Made by a program: the position numbers and the translations under genes | The notes under the pieces: generated by a model | What the model was told of the DNA's origin: nothing | The model's input: the letters and a program-made list of their open reading frames with translations, nothing else | Database searches by the model: none | Assembly: GCA_964016885.1 (NCBI GenBank) | Contig: OZ024741.1 | Coordinates: 259,780,001-259,844,000 of the forward strand | Direction: 5' to 3' | Source: Eledone cirrhosa | Taxonomy: Eukaryota | DNA: 64,000 nt | Shown: one piece after another, positions 10,801-26,000 of the stretch | Layout of the letters: each line of letters starts with the position of its first letter | Numbering within the stretch: the stretch's first letter is position 1

Positions 10801-12613
10801 AGTCGAAACACTCGTATCGAAACACTCGTATGTCAAAACACCAGTAAGTCAAAACACTCGTAAGTCGAAACACTCGTAAGCCGAAACACCGTAAGTCGAA
10901 ACACCCGTATGTCGAAACACTCGTAAGCCGAAACACTCGTAAGTCGAAACACTCGTAGTCGAAACACTCGTAAGTCAAAACACCCGTAAGTCGAAACACT
11001 CGTAAGTCGAAACACTCGTAAGCCGAAACACTCGTAAGTCGAAACACTCATAAGCCGAAACACTCGTAAGTCGAAACACTCGTAAGTCAGAACACTCGTA
11101 GTCAGAACACTCGTAAGTCAAACCACTCGTAAGCCGAAACACTCGTAAGTCGAAACACTCGTAAGTCGAAACACTCGTAAGTCGAAAAACTCGTAAGCCG
11201 GAACACTCGTAAGTCAGAACACTCGTAAGTCAGAACACTCGTAAGTCGAAACACTCGTAAGCCGAAACACCCGTAAGTCGAAACATTCGTAAGTCGAAAC
11301 ACCCGTAAGTCGAAACACTCGTAAGTCGAAACACTCGTAAGTCGAAACACCGTAAGTCAAAACACTCGTATGTCGAAACATCCGTAAATCAGAACACTCC
11401 TAAGTCAAAACACTCGTAAGTCGAAACACTCGTAAGTCAAAAATACTCGTAAGTCGAAACACCCTTAAGTAAAAACACTCGTAAGTCGAAACACTCGTAA
11501 GCCGAAACACCCGTCAGTTAAAACACCCGTAAGTCGAAACACTCGTAAGTCAAAACTCTCGTACGCCGAAACACTCGTAAGTAAAAACATTAGTAAGTCG
11601 AAACACTCGTAAGCCGAAACACCCGTAAGTCAAAACATTCGTAAGTCAAAACACTCGTAAGTCGAAACACCCGTAAGTCGAAACACTCGTATGTCGAAAC
11701 ACTCGTAAGCCGAAACACCGTAAGTAAAAACACTCGTAAGTCTAAACACCCACAAGTCGAAACACTCGTAAGCCGAAACACTCGTAAGTCGAAACACTCA
11801 TAAGCCGAAACACTCGTAAGTCGGAACACTCGTAAATCAGAACACCCGCAAGTCAGAACACTCGTATCGAAACACTCGTATGTCAAAACACCCGTAAGTC
11901 AAAACACTCGTAAGTCGAAACACTCGTAAGCCGAAACACCGTAAGTAAAAAAACTCGTAAGTCGAAATACTCGTAAGTCGAAACACTCGTAAGCCGAAAC
12001 AATCGTAATTCAAAACACTCGTAAGTCGAAACACTCGTAAGCCGAAACAATCGTAAGTCGAAACACTCGTAAGCCGAAAATACTCGTAAGTCGGAACACC
12101 CGTAAGCCGAAACACTCGTATGTCGAAACACTCGTAAGCCGAAACAACATAAGTAAAAACACTCGTAAGTCGAAACACCCATAAGTCGAAACACTCGTAA
12201 GCCGAAACACTCGTAAGTCGAAACACTCATAAGCCGAAACACTCGTAAGTCGGAACACTCGTAAATCAGAACACCCGCAAGTCAGAACACTCGTAAATCA
12301 GAACACTCTTAAGTCGAAACTCACGTACGCCGAAACACTCGTAAGTCGAAACACTCGTAAGTCGAAACATCCTTAAGTCGAAACACTCGTACACCGAAAC
12401 ACTCGTAAGTATAAACATTAGTAAGTCGAAACACTCGTATGTCGAAACACTCGTAAACCGAAACACTCGTAAGTCGGAACACTCGTAAGTCAGAACACTC
12501 GTAAGTCAGAACACTCGTAAGTCGAAACACTCATAAGTCGAAACACTCGTAAGTCGAAACACCCGTAAGTCGAAACACCCATAAGTCGAAACACTCGTAA
12601 GCCGAAACACTCG
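5188..12613. repeat. 7,426-bp higher-order repeat (HOR-A), copy 1
   Basis: The ORF track repeats at exactly +7426 (5240/12666/20092; 8513/15939/23365; 12266/19692/27118). Rare markers GTCAGTGCACCC, AACAGCCG, CCCGTCAGTTAAAA and GTCTAAACACCCACA occur once per unit. Confidence 0.95.
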
Positions 12614-15600
12614 TAAGTCGAAACACTCATAAGCCGAAACACTCGTAAGTCGGAACACTCGTAAATCAGAACACCCGCAAGTCAGAACACTCGTAAATCA
12701 GAACACTCTTAAGTCGAAACTTACGTACGCCGAAACAATCGTAAGTCGAAACACTCGTAAGTCGAAACATCCTTAAGTCGAAACACTCGTACACCGAAAC
12801 ACTCGTAAGTATAAACATTAGTAAGTCGAAACACTCGTATGTCGAAACACTCGTAAACCGAAACACTCGTAAGTCGGAACACTCGTAAGTCAGAACACTC
12901 GTAAGTCAGAACACTCGTAAGTCGAAACACTCATAAGTCGAAACACCCGTAAGTCGAAACACTCGTAAGTCGAAACACCCATAAGCCGAAACACTCGTAA
13001 GCCAAAACATTCGTAAGTCGAAACACTCGTAAACCGAAACACTCGTAAGCCAAAACATTCGTATGTCGAAACACTCGTAAGTCGAAACACCCATAGCCGA
13101 AACACTTGTAAGTCTGAACACACGTAAGTCAGAACACCCGTAAGTCAGAACACTCGTAAGTCAGAACACTCGTAAGTCAGAACACTCGTAAGTCAGAACA
13201 CTCGTAAGTCAGAGCACTCGTATCGAAACACTCGTATGTCAAAACACCCGTAAGTCAAAACACTCGTAAGTCGAAACACTCGTAAGCCGAAACACCGTAA
13301 GCCAAAACACTCGTAAGTCGAAACACCCCTAAGTCGGAACGCTCGTAAGTCGAAACACTCGTAAGTCGAAACACTCGTAAGCCGAAACACTCGTAAGCCG
13401 AAACACTCGTAAGTCGGAACACTCGTAAGTCGGAACACTCGTAAGTCAGAACACTCGTAAGTCAGAACACTCGTAAGTCAGAACACTCGTAAGTCAGAAC
13501 ACTCGTAAGTCGAAACACTCGTATCGAAACACTCGTATGTCAAAACACCCGTAAGTCAAAACACTCGTAAGTCGAAACACTCGTAAGTCGAAACATTCGT
13601 AAGTCGAAACATCCGTAAATCAGAACACTCTTAAGTCGAAACACTCGTAAGTCGAAACACTCGTAAGCCGAAACACTCGTAAGTCGAAGTACTCGTATCG
13701 AAACACTCGTAAGTCGAAACACCCTTAAGTCAAAACACTCGTAAGCCAAAACACTCGTAAGTCGAAACACTCGTAAGTCGGAACACTCGTAAGTCAGAAC
13801 ACTCGTAAATCAGAACACTCGTAAGTGGAAACACGCGTAAGTCGAAACACTCATAAGTCGAAACACTCGTAAGCCGAAACACTCGTAAGCCGAAACACTC
13901 GTAAGTCGAAACACTCGTAAGTCGGAACACTCGTAAGTCAGAACACTCATAAGTCAGAACACTCGTAAGTCAGAACACTCGTAAGTCGAAACACTCGTAA
14001 GCCGAAACACCGTAAGTCGAAACACCCGTATGTCGAAACACTCGTAAGCCGAAACACTCTTAAGTCGAAACACTCATAAGCCGAAACACTCGTAAGTCGG
14101 AACACTCGTAAATCAGAACACCCGCAAGTCAGAACACTCGTAAATCAGAACACTCTTAAGTCGAAACTTACGTACGCCGAAACAATCGTAAGTCGAAACA
14201 CTCGTAAGTCGAAACATCCTTAAGTCGAAACACTCGTACACCGAAACACTCGTAAGTATAAACATTAGTAAGTCAAAACACTCGTATGTCGAAACACTCG
14301 TAAACCGAAACACTCGTAAGTCGGAACACTCGTAAGTCAGAACACTCGTAAGTCAGAACACTCGTAAGTCGAAACACTCATAAGTCGAAACACCCGTAAG
14401 TCGAAACACTCGTAAGTCGAAACACCCATAAGCCGAAACACTCGTAAGCCAAAACATTCGTAAGTCGAAACACTCGTAAACCGAAACACTCGTAAGCCAA
14501 AACATTCGTATGTCGAAACACTCGTAAGTCGAAACACCCATAGCCGAAACACTTGTAAGTCTGAACACACGTAAGTCAGAACACCCGTAAGTCAGAACAC
14601 TCGTAAGTCAGAACACTCGTAAGTCAGAACACTCGTAAGTCAGAACACTCGTAAGTCAGAGCACTCGTATCGAAACACTCGTATGTCAAAACACCCGTAA
14701 GTCAAAACACTCGTAAGTCGAAACACTCGTAAGCCGAAACACCGTAAGCCAAAACACTCGTAAGTCGAAACACCCCTAAGTCGGAACACTCGTAAGTCGA
14801 AACACTCGTAAGTCGAAACACTCGTAAGCCGAAACACTCGTAAGCCGAAACACTCGTAAGTCGGAACACTCGTAAGTCGGAACACTCGTAAGTCAGAACA
14901 CTCGTAAGTCAGAACACTCGTAAGTCAGAACACTCGTAAGTCAGAACACTCGTAAGTCGAAACACTCGTATCGAAACACTCGTATGTCAAAACACCCGTA
15001 AGTCAAAACACTCGTAAGTCGAAACACTCGTAAGTCGAAACATTCGTAAGTCGAAACATCCGTAAATCAGAACACTCTTAAGTCGAAACACTCGTAAGTC
15101 GAAACACTCGTAAGCCGAAACACTCGTAAGTCGAAGTACTCGTATCGAAACACTCGTAAGTCGAAACACCCTTAAGTCAAAACACTCGTAAGCCAAAACA
15201 CTCGTAAGTCGAAACACTCGTAAGTCGGAACACTCGTAAGTCAGAACACTCGTAAATCAGAACACTCGTAAGTGGAAACACGCGTAAGTCGAAACACTCA
15301 TAAGTCGAAACACTCGTAAGTCGAAACACCCGTAAGTCGAAACACCCGTAAGTCGAAACACTCGTATGTCGAATAACTCGTAAGCCGAAACACCGTAAGT
15401 CAAAACACTCGTAAGTCGAAACACTCGTAAGTCGAAACACCCATAAGCCGAAACACTCGTAAGCCAAAACATTCGTAAGTCGAAACACTCGTAAACCGAA
15501 ACACTCGTAAGCCAAAACATTCGTAAGTCGAAACACTCGTAAGTCGAAACACCCATAGCCGAAACACTCGTAAGTCTGAACACACGTAAGTCAGAACAGC

Positions 15601-18600
15601 CGTAAGTCAGAACACTCGTAAGTCAGAACACTCGTAAGTCAGAACACTCGTAAGTCAGAGCACTCGTATCGAAACACTCGTATGTCAAAACACCCGTAAG
15701 TCAAAACACTCGTAAGTCGAAACACTCGTAAGTCGAAACACTCGTATGTCGAAACATCCGTAAATCAGAACACTCGTAAGTCGAAACACTCGTAAGTCGA
15801 AACACTCGTAAGCCGAAACACTCGTAAGTCGAAGCACTCGTATCGAAACACTCGTAAGTCGAAACACCCTTAAGTCAAAACACTCGTAAGCCAAAACACT
15901 CGTAAGTCGAAACACTCGTAAGTCGGAACACTCGTAAGTCAGAACACTCGTAAGTCAGAACACTCGTAAGTGGAAACACGCGTAAGTCGAAAGACCCGTA
16001 AGTCAAAAATCTCGTAAGTCAAAACACTCGTAAGCCGAAACACTCGTAAGTCGAAACACTCGTAAGTCGAAACACCCGTAAGTCGGAACACTCGTAAGTC
16101 AGAATACTCGTAAGTCAAAACACTCGTAAACCGGAACACCCGTAAGGCAAAACATTCGCATGTCAAAACACTCGTAAGCCGAAACACTCGTAAGTCGAAA
16201 CACTCGTAAGTCGAAACACTCGTAAGTCGAAACACTCGTAAGTCAGTGCACCCGTAAGTCAGAACACTCGTAGTCAGAATACTCGTAAGTAGAAACACTC
16301 GTATGTCGAAACACCCGTAAGTCGAAACACTCATAAGTCGAAACACTCGTAAGCCGAAACACCCGTAAGTCAAAACATTCGTAAGTCAAAACACTCGTAA
16401 GTCGAAACACCCGTAAGTCAAAACACTCGTATGTCGAAACACTCGTAAGCCGAAACAACGTAAGTAAAAACACTCGTAAGTCGAAACACCCATAAGTCGA
16501 AACACTCGTAAGCCGAAACACTCGTAAGTCGAAACACTCATAAGCCGAAACACTCGTAAGTCGGAACACTCGTAAATCAGAACACCCGCAAGTCAGAACA
16601 CTCGTAAATCAGAACACTCTTAAGTCGAAACTCACGTACGCTGAAACACTCGTAAGTCGAAACACTCGTAAGTCGAAACATCCTTAAGTCGAAACACTCG
16701 TACACCGAAACACTCGTAAGTATAAACATTAGTAAGTCGAAACACTCGTAAGCCGAAACACTCGTAAGTCGAAACACCCGTAAATCGAAACACCCCTAAG
16801 TCAAAACACTCGTATGTCGAAACACTCGTAAACCGAAACACTCGTAAGTCGGAACACTCGTAAGTCAGAACACTCGTAAGTCAGAACACTCGTAAGTCGA
16901 AACACTCATAAGTCGAAACACTCGTAAGTCGAAACACCCGTAAGTCGAAACCCCCGTAAGTCGAAACACTCGTATGTCGAATAACTCGTAAGCTGAAACA
17001 CCGTAAGTCAAAACACTCGTAAGTCAAAACACTCGTAAGTCGAAACACCCATAAGCCGAAACACTCGTAAGCCAAAACATTCGTAAGTCGAAACACTCGT
17101 AAACCGAAACACTCGTAAGCCAAAACATTCGTAAGTCGAAACACTCGTAAGTCGAAACACCCATAGCCGAAACACTCGTAAGTCGGAACACACGTAAGTC
17201 AGAACACCCGTAAGTCAGAACACTCGTAAGTCAGAACACTCGTAAGTCAGAGCACTCGTATCGAAACACTCGTATGTCAAAACACCCGTAAGTCAAAACA
17301 CTCGTAAGTCGAAACACTCGTAAGCCGAAACACCGTAAGCCAAAACACTCGTAAGTCGAAACACCCGTAAGTCGGAACACTCGTAAGTCGAAACACTCGT
17401 AAGTCGAAACACTCGTAAGCCGAAACACTCGTAAGCCGAAACACTCGTAAGTCGGAACACTCGTAAGTCGGAACACTCGTAAGTCAGAACACTCGTAAGT
17501 CAGAACACTCGTAAGTCAGAACACTCGTAAGTCAGAATACTCGTAAGTCGAAACACCCGTAAGTCGAAACACCCGTAAGTCGAAACACTCGTATGTCGAA
17601 TAACTCGTAAGCCGAAACACCGTAAGTCAAAACACTCGTAAGTCGAAACACTCGTAAGTCGAAACACCCATAAGCCGAAACACTCGTAAGCCAAAACATT
17701 CGTAAGTCGAAACACTCGTAAACCGAAACACTCGTAAGCCAAAACATTCGTAAGTCGAAACACTCGTAAGTCGAAACACCCATAGCCGAAACACTTGTAA
17801 GTCTGAACACACGTAAGTCAGAACACCCGTAAGTCAGAACACTCGTAAGTCAGAACACTCGTAAGTCAGAACACTCGTAAGTCAGAGCACTCGTATCGAA
17901 ACACTCGTATGTCAAAACACCCGTAAGTCAAAACACTCGTAAGTCGAAACACTCGTAAGCCGAAACACCGTAAGCCAAAACACTCGTAAGTCGAAACACC
18001 CGTAAGTCGGAACACTCGTAAGTCGAAACACTCGTAAGTCGAAACACTCGTAAGCCGAAACACTCGTAAGCCGAAACACTCGTAAGTCGGAACACTCGTA
18101 AGTCGGAACACTCGTAAGTCAGAACACTCGTAAGTCAGAACACTCGTAAGTCAGAACACTCGTAAGTCAGAACACTCGTAAGTCGAAACACTCGTATCGA
18201 AACACTCGTATGTCAAAACACCAGTAAGTCGAAACACTCGTATCGAAACACTCGTATGTCAAAACACCAGTAAGTCAAAACACTCGTAAGTCGAAACACT
18301 CGTAAGCCGAAACACCGTAAGTCGAAACACCCGTATGTCGAAACACTCGTAAGCCGAAACACTCGTAAGTCGAAACACTCGTAGTCGAAACACTCGTAAG
18401 TCGAAACACCCGTAAGTCGAAACACTCGTAAGTCGAAACACTCGTAAGCCGAAACACTCGTAAGTCGAAACACTCATAAGCCGAAACACTCGTAAGTCGA
18501 AACACTCGTAAGTCAGAACACTCGTAGTCAGAACACTCGTAAGTCAAACCACTCGTAAGCCGAAACACTCGTAAGTCGAAACACTCGTAAGTCGAAACAC

Positions 18601-20039
18601 TCGTAAGTCGAAAAACTCGTAAGCCGGAACACTCGTAAGTCAGAACACTCGTAAGTCAGAACACTCGTAAGTCGAAACACTCGTAAGCCGAAACACCCGT
18701 AAGTCGAAACATTCGTAAGTCGAAACACCCGTAAGTCGAAACACTCGTAAGTCGAAACACTCGTAAGTCGAAACACCGTAAGTCAAAACACTCGTATGTC
18801 GAAACATCCGTAAATCAGAACACTCCTAAGTCAAAACACTCGTAAGTCGAAACACTCGTAAGTCAAAAATACTCGTAAGTCGAAACACCCTTAAGTAAAA
18901 ACACTCGTAAGTCGAAACACTCGTAAGCCGAAACACCCGTCAGTTAAAACACCCGTAAGTCGAAACACTCGTAAGTCAAAACTCTCGTACGCCGAAACAC
19001 TCGTAAGTAAAAACATTAGTAAGTCGAAACACTCGTAAGCCGAAACACCCGTAAGTCAAAACATTCGTAAGTCAAAACACTCGTAAGTCGAAACACCCGT
19101 AAGTCGAAACACTCGTATGTCGAAACACTCGTAAGCCGAAACACCGTAAGTAAAAACACTCGTAAGTCTAAACACCCACAAGTCGAAACACTCGTAAGCC
19201 GAAACACTCGTAAGTCGAAACACTCATAAGCCGAAACACTCGTAAGTCGGAACACTCGTAAATCAGAACACCCGCAAGTCAGAACACTCGTATCGAAACA
19301 CTCGTATGTCAAAACACCCGTAAGTCAAAACACTCGTAAGTCGAAACACTCGTAAGCCGAAACACCGTAAGTAAAAAAACTCGTAAGTCGAAATACTCGT
19401 AAGTCGAAACACTCGTAAGCCGAAACAATCGTAATTCAAAACACTCGTAAGTCGAAACACTCGTAAGCCGAAACAATCGTAAGTCGAAACACTCGTAAGC
19501 CGAAAATACTCGTAAGTCGGAACACCCGTAAGCCGAAACACTCGTATGTCGAAACACTCGTAAGCCGAAACAACATAAGTAAAAACACTCGTAAGTCGAA
19601 ACACCCATAAGTCGAAACACTCGTAAGCCGAAACACTCGTAAGTCGAAACACTCATAAGCCGAAACACTCGTAAGTCGGAACACTCGTAAATCAGAACAC
19701 CCGCAAGTCAGAACACTCGTAAATCAGAACACTCTTAAGTCGAAACTCACGTACGCCGAAACACTCGTAAGTCGAAACACTCGTAAGTCGAAACATCCTT
19801 AAGTCGAAACACTCGTACACCGAAACACTCGTAAGTATAAACATTAGTAAGTCGAAACACTCGTATGTCGAAACACTCGTAAACCGAAACACTCGTAAGT
19901 CGGAACACTCGTAAGTCAGAACACTCGTAAGTCAGAACACTCGTAAGTCGAAACACTCATAAGTCGAAACACTCGTAAGTCGAAACACCCGTAAGTCGAA
20001 ACACCCATAAGTCGAAACACTCGTAAGCCGAAACACTCG
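12614..20039. repeat. HOR-A copy 2
   Basis: Same marker order at +7426. One difference from copy 1 was noticed (A10977 vs G18403). Confidence 0.95.
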
Positions 20040-23000
20040 TAAGTCGAAACACTCATAAGCCGAAACACTCGTAAGTCGGAACACTCGTAAATCAGAACAC
20101 CCGCAAGTCAGAACACTCGTAAATCAGAACACTCTTAAGTCGAAACTTACGTACGCCGAAACAATCGTAAGTCGAAACACTCGTAAGTCGAAACATCCTT
20201 AAGTCGAAACACTCGTACACCGAAACACTCGTAAGTATAAACATTAGTAAGTCGAAACACTCGTATGTCGAAACACTCGTAAACCGAAACACTCGTAAGT
20301 CGGAACACTCGTAAGTCAGAACACTCGTAAGTCAGAACACTCGTAAGTCGAAACACTCATAAGTCGAAACACCCGTAAGTCGAAACACTCGTAAGTCGAA
20401 ACACCCATAAGCCGAAACACTCGTAAGCCAAAACATTCGTAAGTCGAAACACTCGTAAACCGAAACACTCGTAAGCCAAAACATTCGTATGTCGAAACAC
20501 TCGTAAGTCGAAACACCCATAGCCGAAACACTTGTAAGTCTGAACACACGTAAGTCAGAACACCCGTAAGTCAGAACACTCGTAAGTCAGAACACTCGTA
20601 AGTCAGAACACTCGTAAGTCAGAACACTCGTAAGTCAGAGCACTCGTATCGAAACACTCGTATGTCAAAACACCCGTAAGTCAAAACACTCGTAAGTCGA
20701 AACACTCGTAAGCCGAAACACCGTAAGCCAAAACACTCGTAAGTCGAAACACCCCTAAGTCGGAACGCTCGTAAGTCGAAACACTCGTAAGTCGAAACAC
20801 TCGTAAGCCGAAACACTCGTAAGCCGAAACACTCGTAAGTCGGAACACTCGTAAGTCGGAACACTCGTAAGTCAGAACACTCGTAAGTCAGAACACTCGT
20901 AAGTCAGAACACTCGTAAGTCAGAACACTCGTAAGTCGAAACACTCGTATCGAAACACTCGTATGTCAAAACACCCGTAAGTCAAAACACTCGTAAGTCG
21001 AAACACTCGTAAGTCGAAACATTCGTAAGTCGAAACATCCGTAAATCAGAACACTCTTAAGTCGAAACACTCGTAAGTCGAAACACTCGTAAGCCGAAAC
21101 ACTCGTAAGTCGAAGTACTCGTATCGAAACACTCGTAAGTCGAAACACCCTTAAGTCAAAACACTCGTAAGCCAAAACACTCGTAAGTCGAAACACTCGT
21201 AAGTCGGAACACTCGTAAGTCAGAACACTCGTAAATCAGAACACTCGTAAGTGGAAACACGCGTAAGTCGAAACACTCATAAGTCGAAACACTCGTAAGC
21301 CGAAACACTCGTAAGCCGAAACACTCGTAAGTCGAAACACTCGTAAGTCGGAACACTCGTAAGTCAGAACACTCATAAGTCAGAACACTCGTAAGTCAGA
21401 ACACTCGTAAGTCGAAACACTCGTAAGCCGAAACACCGTAAGTCGAAACACCCGTATGTCGAAACACTCGTAAGCCGAAACACTCTTAAGTCGAAACACT
21501 CATAAGCCGAAACACTCGTAAGTCGGAACACTCGTAAATCAGAACACCCGCAAGTCAGAACACTCGTAAATCAGAACACTCTTAAGTCGAAACTTACGTA
21601 CGCCGAAACAATCGTAAGTCGAAACACTCGTAAGTCGAAACATCCTTAAGTCGAAACACTCGTACACCGAAACACTCGTAAGTATAAACATTAGTAAGTC
21701 AAAACACTCGTATGTCGAAACACTCGTAAACCGAAACACTCGTAAGTCGGAACACTCGTAAGTCAGAACACTCGTAAGTCAGAACACTCGTAAGTCGAAA
21801 CACTCATAAGTCGAAACACCCGTAAGTCGAAACACTCGTAAGTCGAAACACCCATAAGCCGAAACACTCGTAAGCCAAAACATTCGTAAGTCGAAACACT
21901 CGTAAACCGAAACACTCGTAAGCCAAAACATTCGTATGTCGAAACACTCGTAAGTCGAAACACCCATAGCCGAAACACTTGTAAGTCTGAACACACGTAA
22001 GTCAGAACACCCGTAAGTCAGAACACTCGTAAGTCAGAACACTCGTAAGTCAGAACACTCGTAAGTCAGAACACTCGTAAGTCAGAGCACTCGTATCGAA
22101 ACACTCGTATGTCAAAACACCCGTAAGTCAAAACACTCGTAAGTCGAAACACTCGTAAGCCGAAACACCGTAAGCCAAAACACTCGTAAGTCGAAACACC
22201 CCTAAGTCGGAACACTCGTAAGTCGAAACACTCGTAAGTCGAAACACTCGTAAGCCGAAACACTCGTAAGCCGAAACACTCGTAAGTCGGAACACTCGTA
22301 AGTCGGAACACTCGTAAGTCAGAACACTCGTAAGTCAGAACACTCGTAAGTCAGAACACTCGTAAGTCAGAACACTCGTAAGTCGAAACACTCGTATCGA
22401 AACACTCGTATGTCAAAACACCCGTAAGTCAAAACACTCGTAAGTCGAAACACTCGTAAGTCGAAACATTCGTAAGTCGAAACATCCGTAAATCAGAACA
22501 CTCTTAAGTCGAAACACTCGTAAGTCGAAACACTCGTAAGCCGAAACACTCGTAAGTCGAAGTACTCGTATCGAAACACTCGTAAGTCGAAACACCCTTA
22601 AGTCAAAACACTCGTAAGCCAAAACACTCGTAAGTCGAAACACTCGTAAGTCGGAACACTCGTAAGTCAGAACACTCGTAAATCAGAACACTCGTAAGTG
22701 GAAACACGCGTAAGTCGAAACACTCATAAGTCGAAACACTCGTAAGTCGAAACACCCGTAAGTCGAAACACCCGTAAGTCGAAACACTCGTATGTCGAAT
22801 AACTCGTAAGCCGAAACACCGTAAGTCAAAACACTCGTAAGTCGAAACACTCGTAAGTCGAAACACCCATAAGCCGAAACACTCGTAAGCCAAAACATTC
22901 GTAAGTCGAAACACTCGTAAACCGAAACACTCGTAAGCCAAAACATTCGTAAGTCGAAACACTCGTAAGTCGAAACACCCATAGCCGAAACACTCGTAAG

Positions 23001-26000
23001 TCTGAACACACGTAAGTCAGAACAGCCGTAAGTCAGAACACTCGTAAGTCAGAACACTCGTAAGTCAGAACACTCGTAAGTCAGAGCACTCGTATCGAAA
23101 CACTCGTATGTCAAAACACCCGTAAGTCAAAACACTCGTAAGTCGAAACACTCGTAAGTCGAAACACTCGTATGTCGAAACATCCGTAAATCAGAACACT
23201 CGTAAGTCGAAACACTCGTAAGTCGAAACACTCGTAAGCCGAAACACTCGTAAGTCGAAGCACTCGTATCGAAACACTCGTAAGTCGAAACACCCTTAAG
23301 TCAAAACACTCGTAAGCCAAAACACTCGTAAGTCGAAACACTCGTAAGTCGGAACACTCGTAAGTCAGAACACTCGTAAGTCAGAACACTCGTAAGTGGA
23401 AACACGCGTAAGTCGAAAGACCCGTAAGTCAAAAATCTCGTAAGTCAAAACACTCGTAAGCCGAAACACTCGTAAGTCGAAACACTCGTAAGTCGAAACA
23501 CCCGTAAGTCGGAACACTCGTAAGTCAGAATACTCGTAAGTCAAAACACTCGTAAACCGGAACACCCGTAAGGCAAAACATTCGCATGTCAAAACACTCG
23601 TAAGCCGAAACACTCGTAAGTCGAAACACTCGTAAGTCGAAACACTCGTAAGTCGAAACACTCGTAAGTCAGTGCACCCGTAAGTCAGAACACTCGTAGT
23701 CAGAATACTCGTAAGTAGAAACACTCGTATGTCGAAACACCCGTAAGTCGAAACACTCATAAGTCGAAACACTCGTAAGCCGAAACACCCGTAAGTCAAA
23801 ACATTCGTAAGTCAAAACACTCGTAAGTCGAAACACCCGTAAGTCAAAACACTCGTATGTCGAAACACTCGTAAGCCGAAACAACGTAAGTAAAAACACT
23901 CGTAAGTCGAAACACCCATAAGTCGAAACACTCGTAAGCCGAAACACTCGTAAGTCGAAACACTCATAAGCCGAAACACTCGTAAGTCGGAACACTCGTA
24001 AATCAGAACACCCGCAAGTCAGAACACTCGTAAATCAGAACACTCTTAAGTCGAAACTCACGTACGCTGAAACACTCGTAAGTCGAAACACTCGTAAGTC
24101 GAAACATCCTTAAGTCGAAACACTCGTACACCGAAACACTCGTAAGTATAAACATTAGTAAGTCGAAACACTCGTAAGCCGAAACACTCGTAAGTCGAAA
24201 CACCCGTAAATCGAAACACCCCTAAGTCAAAACACTCGTATGTCGAAACACTCGTAAACCGAAACACTCGTAAGTCGGAACACTCGTAAGTCAGAACACT
24301 CGTAAGTCAGAACACTCGTAAGTCGAAACACTCATAAGTCGAAACACTCGTAAGTCGAAACACCCGTAAGTCGAAACCCCCGTAAGTCGAAACACTCGTA
24401 TGTCGAATAACTCGTAAGCTGAAACACCGTAAGTCAAAACACTCGTAAGTCAAAACACTCGTAAGTCGAAACACCCATAAGCCGAAACACTCGTAAGCCA
24501 AAACATTCGTAAGTCGAAACACTCGTAAACCGAAACACTCGTAAGCCAAAACATTCGTAAGTCGAAACACTCGTAAGTCGAAACACCCATAGCCGAAACA
24601 CTCGTAAGTCGGAACACACGTAAGTCAGAACACCCGTAAGTCAGAACACTCGTAAGTCAGAACACTCGTAAGTCAGAGCACTCGTATCGAAACACTCGTA
24701 TGTCAAAACACCCGTAAGTCAAAACACTCGTAAGTCGAAACACTCGTAAGCCGAAACACCGTAAGCCAAAACACTCGTAAGTCGAAACACCCGTAAGTCG
24801 GAACACTCGTAAGTCGAAACACTCGTAAGTCGAAACACTCGTAAGCCGAAACACTCGTAAGCCGAAACACTCGTAAGTCGGAACACTCGTAAGTCGGAAC
24901 ACTCGTAAGTCAGAACACTCGTAAGTCAGAACACTCGTAAGTCAGAACACTCGTAAGTCAGAATACTCGTAAGTCGAAACACCCGTAAGTCGAAACACCC
25001 GTAAGTCGAAACACTCGTATGTCGAATAACTCGTAAGCCGAAACACCGTAAGTCAAAACACTCGTAAGTCGAAACACTCGTAAGTCGAAACACCCATAAG
25101 CCGAAACACTCGTAAGCCAAAACATTCGTAAGTCGAAACACTCGTAAACCGAAACACTCGTAAGCCAAAACATTCGTAAGTCGAAACACTCGTAAGTCGA
25201 AACACCCATAGCCGAAACACTTGTAAGTCTGAACACACGTAAGTCAGAACACCCGTAAGTCAGAACACTCGTAAGTCAGAACACTCGTAAGTCAGAACAC
25301 TCGTAAGTCAGAGCACTCGTATCGAAACACTCGTATGTCAAAACACCCGTAAGTCAAAACACTCGTAAGTCGAAACACTCGTAAGCCGAAACACCGTAAG
25401 CCAAAACACTCGTAAGTCGAAACACCCGTAAGTCGGAACACTCGTAAGTCGAAACACTCGTAAGTCGAAACACTCGTAAGCCGAAACACTCGTAAGCCGA
25501 AACACTCGTAAGTCGGAACACTCGTAAGTCGGAACACTCGTAAGTCAGAACACTCGTAAGTCAGAACACTCGTAAGTCAGAACACTCGTAAGTCAGAACA
25601 CTCGTAAGTCGAAACACTCGTATCGAAACACTCGTATGTCAAAACACCAGTAAGTCGAAACACTCGTATCGAAACACTCGTATGTCAAAACACCAGTAAG
25701 TCAAAACACTCGTAAGTCGAAACACTCGTAAGCCGAAACACCGTAAGTCGAAACACCCGTATGTCGAAACACTCGTAAGCCGAAACACTCGTAAGTCGAA
25801 ACACTCGTAGTCGAAACACTCGTAAGTCGAAACACCCGTAAGTCGAAACACTCGTAAGTCGAAACACTCGTAAGCCGAAACACTCGTAAGTCGAAACACT
25901 CATAAGCCGAAACACTCGTAAGTCGAAACACTCGTAAGTCAGAACACTCGTAGTCAGAACACTCGTAAGTCAAACCACTCGTAAGCCGAAACACTCGTAA